Shown piece after piece: positions 16,529 to 25,812 of a stretch of 64,000 nucleotides of DNA. Position numbers and translations under genes: made by a program. The DNA lies in NCBI GenBank assembly GCA_965116885.1, contig OZ220741.1, positions 3,168,001 through 3,232,000 on the forward strand. Direction: 5' to 3'. Position 1 is the stretch's first letter; each line of letters begins with the position of its first letter. The DNA is from Candidatus Latescibacterota bacterium (GTDB taxonomy: Bacteria; Latescibacterota; UBA2968). A model generated the notes under the pieces. That model saw only the letters and a program-made list of their open reading frames with translations. It had not been told where the DNA came from and ran no database searches.

Positions 16529-17473
16529 ATGCAATATCGAGTTCTCGTCGATGTCGATCTTCCCGATGAAATTCCAGAGATGATGAATAATCGCTGTGAA
16601 CTTCACATTTTGGCACACGGCGATGTTTCAGATGAAAAATTCGCGTCTGCACAAGGGCTGCTCACCTATGGACACCCGATTATCGGCGGTGATTTTATGG
16701 ATCGCATGCCCAATTTGAAAATTATCAGCAATTTTGGAGTTGGCGTAGATCACATTGACCTGTTAGCAGCCAAACAGCGCGGGATTCCAGTGGGGAATAC
16801 GCCCAATATGCTCGATGGCGCGACAGCCGATATGACTTTTGCAATGCTTATGGCTGCGGCTCGCAATATCGTTATTGGGGATCGCTTTGCTCGCAGTGCG
16901 GCGTTTACGCACTACGATCCACGCATTTTGATCGGACACGAAATTCACGGTACAACATTGGGTATTGTTGGCATGGGGAATATCGGCAAGGAGGTCGCGC
17001 GGCGGTCTCGGGGATTTGACATGGATGTGCTCTATCACAACCGAAAACCAGATCCCAAAGCCGAGGCCGAGTTGGGTGCGACTTATGTATCTCTCAACGA
17101 TTTGCTCGAACAATCGGATTTTGTCACTTTGAATGTGCCTCTGACTGAGGAAACGCGAAATATGATTGGTCGAGATCAACTCAGGCGAATGAAGAGAACC
17201 GCCATACTGGTCAATCTGGCGCGCGGAGGTGTTATCGATCACGATGCACTCGTAGAAGCGCTTGAGAATAATTGGATCGCGGTTGCCGCGCTCGATGTGA
17301 CCGAGCCAGAACCCCTTCCTCGCGATCATCCCCTCCTGTCTCTGGATAATGTGGTTATAGTTCCCCACCTGGGCAGTGCCACACGCCAGACGCGCATAGC
17401 AATGGCTCAGCGCACAGTAGATAATCTTATAGCTGGACTCACGGATCAACCATTGATCACTTATGTGGTGTGA
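16529..17473 (+). CDS. D-2-hydroxyacid dehydrogenase (glyoxylate/hydroxypyruvate reductase-like)
   Basis: GVGVDHID, GIVGMGNIG, NLARG, LDVTEPEP, PHLGSAT. Confidence 0.9.
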   Translation: MQYRVLVDVDLPDEIPEMMNNRCELHILAHGDVSDEKFASAQGLLTYGHPIIGGDFMDRMPNLKIISNFGVGVDHIDLLAAKQRGIPVGNTPNMLDGATADMTFAMLMAAARNIVIGDRFARSAAFTHYDPRILIGHEIHGTTLGIVGMGNIGKEVARRSRGFDMDVLYHNRKPDPKAEAELGATYVSLNDLLEQSDFVTLNVPLTEETRNMIGRDQLRRMKRTAILVNLARGGVIDHDALVEALENNWIAVAALDVTEPEPLPRDHPLLSLDNVVIVPHLGSATRQTRIAMAQRTVDNLIAGLTDQPLITYVV

Positions 17474-17481
17474 GATAGGTG

Positions 17482-18831
17482 CTAAGCGCATTCAGCGCAC
17501 ATTTTGTCGCATCGTCGTCTCAGTCGGTTGAGTTGATCTGAGGATCTGGGATCTCTCGCGAGATTAAAGGATTCGTGGGGGTCCTTGCGGAGATCGTAGA
17601 GTTCCTCATAGACGGGCTGTTGCTCGTAGTAGCGAATGTATTTCCAGCGTTTTGTGCGTATGCCTTCGCTCTTGGGGATGTCGGCACGATGGAACCGGTG
17701 TTCGCAGAAGAACGCTTTTCGCCAGTCAACTTTCTCGTCGCGCAACAATGGAACAAGAGATTTGCCCTGCATTTTGTCCGAGGCGTCCAGATTCGCCAGT
17801 TCGAGGATGGTTGGTGCGATATCGATGTTTAGTGCTAATTCTTCGCGGATGAGACTCCGGTTGTCCTCGGCATCTCTTGGATCGAAGACAATAAGGGGAA
17901 TGCGGATCGACTGTTCGTTCAACTGCCAGCAGTCGCTGAGTCCGCGATCTCCATAGTACATCCCATGGTCAGATGCGAAGATTACGACTGTGTTGTCGGA
18001 TAATGACAGTTGATCCATCGCCTCGAGAATCCTGCCGATGTTCCGATCCACACCGCTCACCATTCGGTACAGCCCTCGCATGTTTCTCTGATAGTCCTCA
18101 GATGTCGAATAGCGCTTTTGCCATCGTGCGCGACTTTCCGTTTCGCGAAGAAATTTTGGCAACTGTCGGAAAAAGTCGGGATGGGCGTTGAATGGCTCTG
18201 GTATTTGCGTCTCTGTGTAGAGGGGATTTTCTGTAGCGGGCCAAATGTAGTAGCGCGGATCATTGTCCTGCGCGTGCGGCGCGTTGAAACTGATGGAGAG
18301 ACAAAATGGCTGGCCGGGATAATCTGATTGATGTGTGCGTAGGAAGTCGATCGTTTTGTCCCCTGTAATGTCGGTCAGGTGGCGCACACTGCCATCGGGC
18401 TGTCTGATTTCATACCCTTCTTCAGTCCAGTGTTCGTAGTTTTCGAATACGTCAAACATCTTTTCCACTGTATCCTCGTCCTGCAGAGAAGGGGCGATTC
18501 CGTTGGTGGCAATGCCGAATTTGCCGATTAGCCCTGTGCGATAACCCGCCATTTTAAGAGTAGCAGGGTAGGAGATGTCGGTGTATGCGCTTTGAAGGGG
18601 TGGTGTGAGGAAGGTGAATCGGTGGCGTTTTTCATAGGTGCCCGTGAGATAGCTGGCCCGGCTTGCGGCGCAGATTGGACTTGTGCAGAATGCGTTTTCG
18701 AACCGCACACCGCTTGCGGCAAGCCGATCTATGTTTGGGGTTTTGATGATTGGATTGCCAGCGCAGCCGAGCAGGTCATTGCGCTGGTTGTCGGTCAGGA
18801 GGAAGAGGATGTTCGGAGGAGGTGCCCTCAC
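17482..18831 (-). CDS. Sulfatase (glucosamine-6-sulfatase-like)
   Basis: PNILFLLTDNQR, CAASRASYLTG, FNAPH, SDHG, ELYDLRKDPHE. Confidence 0.9.
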   Translation of the reverse strand: MRAPPPNILFLLTDNQRNDLLGCAGNPIIKTPNIDRLAASGVRFENAFCTSPICAASRASYLTGTYEKRHRFTFLTPPLQSAYTDISYPATLKMAGYRTGLIGKFGIATNGIAPSLQDEDTVEKMFDVFENYEHWTEEGYEIRQPDGSVRHLTDITGDKTIDFLRTHQSDYPGQPFCLSISFNAPHAQDNDPRYYIWPATENPLYTETQIPEPFNAHPDFFRQLPKFLRETESRARWQKRYSTSEDYQRNMRGLYRMVSGVDRNIGRILEAMDQLSLSDNTVVIFASDHGMYYGDRGLSDCWQLNEQSIRIPLIVFDPRDAEDNRSLIREELALNIDIAPTILELANLDASDKMQGKSLVPLLRDEKVDWRKAFFCEHRFHRADIPKSEGIRTKRWKYIRYYEQQPVYEELYDLRKDPHESFNLARDPRSSDQLNRLRRRCDKMCAECA

Positions 18832-19898
18832 ATCTCACTCAATTCAATGCGTTGACCGGTGTCATTTGACCTGTATGCCGCTTCAATGATCCTGGCGACT
18901 TTTAAGGCGTCTTCTCCAGAGGTTGGGGCCGTACCTTTACCGGCAGTAGATCGAATAAAGTCATCTAAAAAAGCGATTCCATAAGCCCCGCCATAAGCAT
19001 CGACTTCGGGTAGCGTGTAATCAAAGGTTCGCTGAGATGCCGTGTGCCAGCCTTCTGCAACGCTTTCGAGATACAATTCTGAGGGACCGCCCGAGGGCGT
19101 CCAGAACACGCGGCCCTCGTGACCGCGAAATCCCATATACGTATCGTAATTCGGCCCCATATAACCCGCGCCACTTATTGATAGTTGATAACCGGCTTGC
19201 ATGCTGCCCAGCGCGCCATTGGAAAACCGAAAGGATAGAGACGCCACATCTTCTACATCGATGTCTTCGCCGCTGAGTGTATCGACAACGGCAGAAACGG
19301 AGACGATGTCCGCATCCATGACATAGCACAGCAGGTCGATATAATGACACCCCAGCCACGACAAAATGCCGCCGCCAGAAATCGACCGATCAAATAGCCA
19401 GTGTTTGGGGTTGCGAAATTTTACCTGTGATGTGACCATCCGGGACTCACAAGATGTCACCTGACCTATTGCACCGCCTTGCACGAGTCTTCGCGCTTCA
19501 CAAGCGGTGGGGTGATAGCGATTCTGATACATAACGCCCAGTTGTACGCCCGCTTTTGCGGCGCCATCCACGACCCGAGAAACAGTGGCAACCGAAGCAC
19601 CGATGGGTTTTTCACTGATGACGTGAATGCCCTGCTCGAACAAGCGGAGACAAAGGTCGGGATTCTGGTCGTTTTGGGCGCAGGCTACACCAAAGGCTAT
19701 ATTTTTAGTGCCTAAAAGTACGCTGAGATCGGAATAAGTACCTGCGACTTTATCTGTTGAATTAAAGCTGTTCAGAGCCGAGGGGTCGGTGTCATACAGA
19801 ATAATTTCATCTACCAGTGTAGAAGCCTGCAAGGTCTTGAAATGGGCTTCTGAATGGGGATGTGTCAGGCCAAATAAGCCAGCGCGAACGGGTTGCAT
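18828..19898 (-). CDS. Gfo/Idh/MocA family oxidoreductase
   Basis: HVISEKP, GGGILSWLGCHYID, DVED. Confidence 0.85.
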   Translation of the reverse strand: MQPVRAGLFGLTHPHSEAHFKTLQASTLVDEIILYDTDPSALNSFNSTDKVAGTYSDLSVLLGTKNIAFGVACAQNDQNPDLCLRLFEQGIHVISEKPIGASVATVSRVVDGAAKAGVQLGVMYQNRYHPTACEARRLVQGGAIGQVTSCESRMVTSQVKFRNPKHWLFDRSISGGGILSWLGCHYIDLLCYVMDADIVSVSAVVDTLSGEDIDVEDVASLSFRFSNGALGSMQAGYQLSISGAGYMGPNYDTYMGFRGHEGRVFWTPSGGPSELYLESVAEGWHTASQRTFDYTLPEVDAYGGAYGIAFLDDFIRSTAGKGTAPTSGEDALKVARIIEAAYRSNDTGQRIELSEM

Positions 19899-19909
19899 TA
19901 GATTATCCT

Positions 19910-20719
19910 CTATAAATATGGCAGTACTTCGCGCTTGAGCGCGTTGAGATATGTCCATTCTTCACCGGGGTCCTGGAAGATCAATGTGTAATATCCCGAG
20001 AAATTGGCTTTGCGCGTCAAGTCCAGACAGGTGAGGAATTGGTCTCGCAACATGATCCCATCTTCGTAATCCGCTTTGGTATGGATCGTATCTGCGAATG
20101 GCAAAACTTTTGTGAGGTCGCCCAGCTTGTGTTCCCCTTTGAAGTTGCCAAAATCAGTACACAGTCCGATTTTTCCCTCGCATTTGTCCAAAATATCCAG
20201 CAGAGGAGCCGCGCGCTGGGTCAGCCGTTTGAAATTCTCGGTCATGACACGTATGCCACAATCGCGCGCATAGTCCGACAATTGCAGGAGATTTTGCGCG
20301 CTGAGTGCTATGGATTCCGGATCTGGATCTGCTTCGCCGGCGATTACGCGCACATTCGCTGCGCCACAGGCAGATGCGATGTCGATCCATCTTCGAATTT
20401 CTGCCAAATCCTTTTCCCTCTGTTCGGGATCGGGATGTGTAATATCCCAGGCGTCGATCAAGATGCTGTAAAGCGATACGCCGTGTCTGTCCAGTTCTGA
20501 GCGCAGGTCTGCTATAAATGCATCATCTGTTGTGGGAAAATGAAAATGGCAGATTTCCAAATGTCCAATGCCATGCGATGCTATTTCGCGGGGAACATTG
20601 AGTAGCTGTATGCGTCCCCCATGGCCATTTCGGTTCACAAATCCATCGGGCGTGCGATCGTACCACGCCTTGCCCAATGCGCGGTGTAAACTCCAGGTGG
20701 AAATAGATAATTCTGGCAT
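19910..20719 (-). CDS. Sugar phosphate isomerase/epimerase (xylose-isomerase-like TIM barrel)
   Basis: STWSLH, TEN, DFGNF, HTK. Confidence 0.75.
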   Translation of the reverse strand: MPELSISTWSLHRALGKAWYDRTPDGFVNRNGHGGRIQLLNVPREIASHGIGHLEICHFHFPTTDDAFIADLRSELDRHGVSLYSILIDAWDITHPDPEQREKDLAEIRRWIDIASACGAANVRVIAGEADPDPESIALSAQNLLQLSDYARDCGIRVMTENFKRLTQRAAPLLDILDKCEGKIGLCTDFGNFKGEHKLGDLTKVLPFADTIHTKADYEDGIMLRDQFLTCLDLTRKANFSGYYTLIFQDPGEEWTYLNALKREVLPYL

Positions 20720-20766
20720 GTTGTAATCTCCAGTGGTCAGTCGAGAAGAAGGCAGGTTTTCACATT

Positions 20767-21825
20767 TTACGTCTTGCAGCCCACTTTTTCAGCCAACTGG
20801 CAGATCGCCTGTGCGGCTTCGTCAACATCGGATTTGGAGATGCCGATGTGTGGGATCAATCTTATCAGGTGTGTGCCGATGACGCTTACGCGTATGCCGT
20901 ATTCGGCGAGCAATTGGTCGCCAAAATCGCTCGCGGGAATGCCCAATTGAGTCACGTCAAAGCGCACCATATTGGTTTCTACGCCTTCGACATCGATCCC
21001 AATTCCGGGTGCTTTTGCAATGCCTTTTGCCAGGCGTTTTGCATTGGCGTGATCTTCTGCCATTCGTTCGACGTTGTGTTCTAATGCGTAAATACCCGCA
21101 GCGGCAATGATGCCGGCCTGTCGCATGGCGCCTCCGATACGCTGTTTCCACTGCCAGGCATTGAGAATAAAATCCGAAGGTCCCGCCAGCACAGCTCCCA
21201 CTGGCGCGCCCAGGCCCTTGCTCAGATCTATCCACAGGGTGTCAAAAGACTCGGCGTACGCTTTTGGTGCAATGCCAGTTGCAACTGTTGCATTCAGGAG
21301 CCGTGCGCCATCCATGTGCGTTAGAGCACCTTTTTCATGCGCCATATCGCACACTGCGCGTATGTGTTCGAGGGGCCATATACGTCCCCCTGGCATATTT
21401 GTGGTTTGTTCGGCACAGACGAGGCGGAAGGGCGGTCTGTATCGCGTTGACGGCACCATAACCTCTGCCATTTGCTCGGGTGTAAACATGCCATTTTTCC
21501 CATCGATGGGATACAGCGTTGCGCGAGCGAGCACCGCTGCCCCGCCTGCTTCTGATATGAGCGGGTGTGCAGTGCGATCCACTAAAATGAGATCTCCTGC
21601 GCGGCAGTGAACCGCATAAGAAATCTGGTTGCACATGGTTCCCGATGGCAAAAAAAGAGCCGCCTCTTTGCCCAGCATCTCGGCGACCATATCCTGTAGG
21701 GCGTTCACCGACGGGTCTTCGCCCTTTTGCTCATCACCCACTTCTGCCCGACACATAAACTCGCGCATCGCTTGCGTTGGCACGGTGGATGTATCGCTGT
21801 AAAGATCAATTTTAATGTCAGTCAT
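20767..21825 (-). CDS. ltaE: Low-specificity L-threonine aldolase family
   Basis: DLYSDT, GEDPSV, PSGTMCNQ, HMDGARL, SKGLGAPVG, GGAMRQAG. Confidence 0.85.
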   Translation of the reverse strand: MTDIKIDLYSDTSTVPTQAMREFMCRAEVGDEQKGEDPSVNALQDMVAEMLGKEAALFLPSGTMCNQISYAVHCRAGDLILVDRTAHPLISEAGGAAVLARATLYPIDGKNGMFTPEQMAEVMVPSTRYRPPFRLVCAEQTTNMPGGRIWPLEHIRAVCDMAHEKGALTHMDGARLLNATVATGIAPKAYAESFDTLWIDLSKGLGAPVGAVLAGPSDFILNAWQWKQRIGGAMRQAGIIAAAGIYALEHNVERMAEDHANAKRLAKGIAKAPGIGIDVEGVETNMVRFDVTQLGIPASDFGDQLLAEYGIRVSVIGTHLIRLIPHIGISKSDVDEAAQAICQLAEKVGCKT

Positions 21826-22785
21826 TTATCTGCTTTCTCCTGGGCCAGATTTGAAAAGATTCAGAAACCGATCTTCGTAAAATGGATAGAGGTTCCAACG
21901 GTCGAGTTCGGCTTTGAGTTCATTGGCTTTTTTGTGAAACTGGTCTGTTTTTTTCACTTCGCTAAACATCTTTTCAATGCGTTTCATAACGGACTGCGGC
22001 ACTTTATCTTCTTCGATTTTTCCGCCTGGAAATTCGTTTTCTGGAATATCGTCCATGTGGGAAAATGTCTTTTGGATCTGCATCTCAATATCTTCCATTG
22101 TGCCTTGCATCTTTTCGGCAGCATCGTCAATTTCCGACATATCGACTGAAAAATTTAACAAATCTGCCAAAGTCAGCACAATTTCTTTTGAAGCTTTGGG
22201 ATTGGGAATGGGGGCAGCATATTGCGGCATCGTTCCCAAAAAACAGGCCGCATTGAGTTCGCGTTTTTTGGCAAAGCCCAGCAACAGGCCATTAAGTCCC
22301 GAAACCATCCCTTCTTTCAATATCTCCACTCCGTGAGATGATAGCAAATCTCGAAATTCAGAGTTGTTCGCCACCCCCAGCACATGTGCGTCTTCTTTGT
22401 GGCTGGCCTGGGTGAGATAGGCCGCGCCTGTGAGGACCGTATCGATGCCTACCCGTTGCCCTACATCCAGGACTTTGTCCAGCAATTCATCGCCGGGTGC
22501 TCCGCCTATTTGCGCCTCGCTTTGAAAAATAATCAAATCGTGTTCTTCCACTGCATAAAATATATGAGCAGGTGGATTGGGAAAGGTCGCGATCCCGTCT
22601 TCTACAATCATAGTTTCGGGCGGGAAGTGAGATTGCATGTCTATTTCAGCGAATGCGAAGGCATCGAGTTTGCGCCGGATATAGTCAATGGCACCAATGC
22701 CAACGCTACCCATACCAGGCCACCCTGCAAGCAATACTGATGCCCGAAAAGAACGGGGCAATTCTTTCAATACGTTTAGTTTCAT
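21826..22785 (-). CDS. PAC2 family (proteasome assembly chaperone-like) protein
   Basis: GWPGMGSVG, SEAQ, SGLNGLLLG, PNPKAS; C-terminal ELDRWNLYPFYEDRFLNLF. Confidence 0.75.
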   Translation of the reverse strand: MKLNVLKELPRSFRASVLLAGWPGMGSVGIGAIDYIRRKLDAFAFAEIDMQSHFPPETMIVEDGIATFPNPPAHIFYAVEEHDLIIFQSEAQIGGAPGDELLDKVLDVGQRVGIDTVLTGAAYLTQASHKEDAHVLGVANNSEFRDLLSSHGVEILKEGMVSGLNGLLLGFAKKRELNAACFLGTMPQYAAPIPNPKASKEIVLTLADLLNFSVDMSEIDDAAEKMQGTMEDIEMQIQKTFSHMDDIPENEFPGGKIEEDKVPQSVMKRIEKMFSEVKKTDQFHKKANELKAELDRWNLYPFYEDRFLNLFKSGPGESR

Positions 22786-22856
22786 TTTCTGACCTTTCCA
22801 CAAGGAACAAAGTGTTTTAGAAATAATATCAAATTACAGGCTTGAACACAACTATA

Positions 22857-23948
22857 TCAATGCCCAGAATCCCATTTCTCAAGCGGATGAGAACGATCGG
22901 CGTTTGGAAAAATAACGCGTTGTCCAGAAATTTGAGATGCGTACGCCCCGTGAATCATTTCCAGTGCCCAACGCGCATCTCGATCACTGGAAATGGGTGC
23001 GCGATCGCGTTCTATGGCGTCAATCAGGTCGATAATGGCGCGATAATTTCCCGTCTCCTGCAAGTGATCACCTGCAAGGTCGAGCGCTCGCCACGTATGA
23101 CCACCTCTCCAGGGGGACCACAGGCCATCTTCGTAAATGGATATTGCTTCCGCGCCTCCGCTTATGGCTATTCTCCCAGATTCTCCGACGAGTACCAGGC
23201 CATAGCCCTGTCCGTTTCCCGCCTGGTTGGCCCGCGAGACAAATGATCCATCCACGCCATTGGAAAAAGAAAACAGACTGACCACGCCATCGCCCGCAAT
23301 TGCGCCAATTGGCTCTGTGGCTTCCCGCACATCCTCGGGTGCGATTTCACGGTCACCGACGGTTACGCGCGCCGTCATCCACAGGGGATCGCCACCCAAA
23401 AAGCGCATCATGTTGAAGAGATGTGTTCCCAATACCAGCATGTCTTCGCCGCCTCCCCGATGGTCTTGTTTTCCATACGCATGCATGGATAGGAGTTTTC
23501 CTATTCGATTCTCCCGTATTAAATCGCGCACTTGATGTACTTGTCTGAGGTAAACTCCCTGATGCGCTACGGCAATTTTGCGGTTGTGTTGTTCGGCAGC
23601 AGCTACAATGCGGTCTGCGGACGCGAGGTCACCTGCAAGTGGTTTTTCTGCATAGACATGGCACCCAGATTCGATACACGCTACGATCATTTCCTCGTGA
23701 CAATCGACCCACCGGGGGCACACGCTAACGATATCGAGGTCTTCTTTTTTTAGCATGTCGCGATAGTCCGCATACCCTCGCTGGGCTCCGGCATCTACAA
23801 TTGCCTTTTCTCGTCCAGCTGCGTCTGGATCGGATACGGCGATCATATCCACGCAGTCGATTTTTTGATAGGGCACATGCAGGCCATGTCCAAAATTGCC
23901 CTGCCCGGTCCGACCGATAGCACCGGCGCGATAGCGTTTTGCTGGCAT
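22857..23948 (-). CDS. Gfo/Idh/MocA family oxidoreductase
   Basis: IGRTGQGNFGH, HVYAEKP, RGGGEDMLVLGTH. Confidence 0.85.
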   Translation of the reverse strand: MPAKRYRAGAIGRTGQGNFGHGLHVPYQKIDCVDMIAVSDPDAAGREKAIVDAGAQRGYADYRDMLKKEDLDIVSVCPRWVDCHEEMIVACIESGCHVYAEKPLAGDLASADRIVAAAEQHNRKIAVAHQGVYLRQVHQVRDLIRENRIGKLLSMHAYGKQDHRGGGEDMLVLGTHLFNMMRFLGGDPLWMTARVTVGDREIAPEDVREATEPIGAIAGDGVVSLFSFSNGVDGSFVSRANQAGNGQGYGLVLVGESGRIAISGGAEAISIYEDGLWSPWRGGHTWRALDLAGDHLQETGNYRAIIDLIDAIERDRAPISSDRDARWALEMIHGAYASQISGQRVIFPNADRSHPLEKWDSGH

Positions 23949-23959
23949 TATGACTCCTT

Positions 23960-25000
23960 TTAGGGTAAAAACACGACACCCAGTGCAGCGTTGGGATTCT
24001 GGATGAGTTCTTCACATGCTTCGGGTGCGTCATCTAATGCAACCCGATGGGTGATGAGGGGGGCTACTTTTAAGTGTCCGGTATCCATGAAGCGTAAGCA
24101 TTCCTCCAGGTTTCGCTTCGTTGTCCACTGCATAAAAACGGGGGGATAATCCGCACCGTGTTCCCATTCTTCGTCGTGATAGCCCGGTCCCGTGCGTGCG
24201 GCACTGCGGACATCCAGATTGCCCAGCGCGGATGCAAAGCCGTGTTCTATCCGGGCACCGCCCACAATGACAATGCGCCCCATAAGGTGCGTGTCGGGTG
24301 CTTTTTTGATCATTTTGCTAAGCGTGATAAAAGCCGGCGTGCCATCGCCACCAAAGGCAATTACACCACCATCAATCCCATATCCGCGTGCAAAAGTCTG
24401 CGATACTTCTACCGGGTCTTCCTCTGTGATATTGACCTCGCGCAGTAAGCCACAGGTTGCGGCTTTTTTAAGACGCATGGGCAATTGGTCCAGGCCCATT
24501 ACATAACATCCCGAAATGCGCGCCCACTGGCAGGTGAATTGTCCCACAAGTCCCAGGCCTGCCACGGCAATGTGTTCACTGAGTTGAAATGCGCCGCGCC
24601 GCACGGCATTTAAGGCGGTTGCGACCAGATGAATAGACGAGGCGTCTTCATCGCTGACGCCATCGGGAATGGGTACTGCCATATTGCGCGGTACACAGGC
24701 ATGGGTCGCATGTTGGGCATATCCGCCCCCCATACAGGCTACGCGCGTTCCAAGCGGTATGTCTTCACATCCCGCGCCTTGCGCCACGACCACGCCGGCA
24801 TTGGAATACCCAAACGGGCGAGGTGCGGCATCCGATGGGTTTTCTCGCCGCCTTTTCACCCCACCCAACTCCGTACCAGGGCTGACCATGCTCGCCGTGA
24901 CTTCTATTTGAACCTGGCCTGGCTTTGGGGCTGCAATGGGTTCTTCGATGATCGAAATTCCGCCTTGACCGTCAATTGCCGCTACTTTTCGCATTGCCAT
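23960..25000 (-). CDS. MDR-family dehydrogenase (BchC-like subgroup)
   Basis: SMVSPGTE, FGYSNAG, GLGLVG, LITHR. Confidence 0.8.
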   Translation of the reverse strand: MAMRKVAAIDGQGGISIIEEPIAAPKPGQVQIEVTASMVSPGTELGGVKRRRENPSDAAPRPFGYSNAGVVVAQGAGCEDIPLGTRVACMGGGYAQHATHACVPRNMAVPIPDGVSDEDASSIHLVATALNAVRRGAFQLSEHIAVAGLGLVGQFTCQWARISGCYVMGLDQLPMRLKKAATCGLLREVNITEEDPVEVSQTFARGYGIDGGVIAFGGDGTPAFITLSKMIKKAPDTHLMGRIVIVGGARIEHGFASALGNLDVRSAARTGPGYHDEEWEHGADYPPVFMQWTTKRNLEECLRFMDTGHLKVAPLITHRVALDDAPEACEELIQNPNAALGVVFLP

Positions 25001-25008
25001 TCGTGTCC

Positions 25009-25800
25009 TCACATTGCCACAATTTGTTTCATGCGTTTTGCCATCTCAATTTGTATGTCTCGATCGCCACCTACTTCGTGGATGACATATCGGTCATAGC
25101 CAATATCCCGCAATCCTTTCATGACTTCTGCCCAATCTGTATCTCCATCCATCAGGGGGACAAAATCGCGTTGCTGACGAACAAAGTCCTTAAAATGTAC
25201 CCGTTTAATGCGGTGTTGAAGCCCGCGAATCCAGTGCTCTGGATAGCCGTAAAACATCATATTGGCTGTATCGAGATAAATGCCGACCCAATCGTTGCCC
25301 ACGGCATCGACAAACTCGCGCGCTTCTTTCGGGTTGAGTAAGAACTTATTCCACACATTCTCTATGCCAACTGCAACGCCTTTTTCCTCGGCATAAGGGA
25401 CGATTTCTTTCATCGAGACCAGAAAATCATCCCAGGCGTCTTCATAGGTGCCATCAACCGGGAGCTGGCCCGGATGGAGTAAGACCGCGTCGGTTTCGAC
25501 CAGATGCGCCACATCAATGGCGCGGCGCAAGCTCTTCATGCCAGCTTCGCGCTCTGCCGGATCGCGGCTGAGAAAATTGCCCCGATTATCATATCTGGCA
25601 ATCGCACTGCTGATTTCAATGCCCGCGTTGTCACACCGCGTTTTGACACCGCGGACCTCGTCGTCACTCATATCTACATTAGGATCGCCTTCTGGTGAAA
25701 ATACCAGTTCGAGTGCTTCGTAACCCGCATCGCGGCACAATTGCAATGTTTCATCCAGTGTCAGCTTTCCCAGGATAATTTGTGTCACTCCTATTTTCAT
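25009..25800 (-). CDS. Sugar phosphate isomerase/epimerase
   Basis: IENVWNKFL, YLDTAN, RVHFKDF, HE. Confidence 0.85.
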   Translation of the reverse strand: MKIGVTQIILGKLTLDETLQLCRDAGYEALELVFSPEGDPNVDMSDDEVRGVKTRCDNAGIEISSAIARYDNRGNFLSRDPAEREAGMKSLRRAIDVAHLVETDAVLLHPGQLPVDGTYEDAWDDFLVSMKEIVPYAEEKGVAVGIENVWNKFLLNPKEAREFVDAVGNDWVGIYLDTANMMFYGYPEHWIRGLQHRIKRVHFKDFVRQQRDFVPLMDGDTDWAEVMKGLRDIGYDRYVIHEVGGDRDIQIEMAKRMKQIVAM

Positions 25801-25812
25801 CGCGTGTCTCCA

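Noticed and set aside
16763..17491. 242-aa antisense ORF
   Set aside because: Mirror of the 2-hydroxyacid dehydrogenase; no protein-like features.
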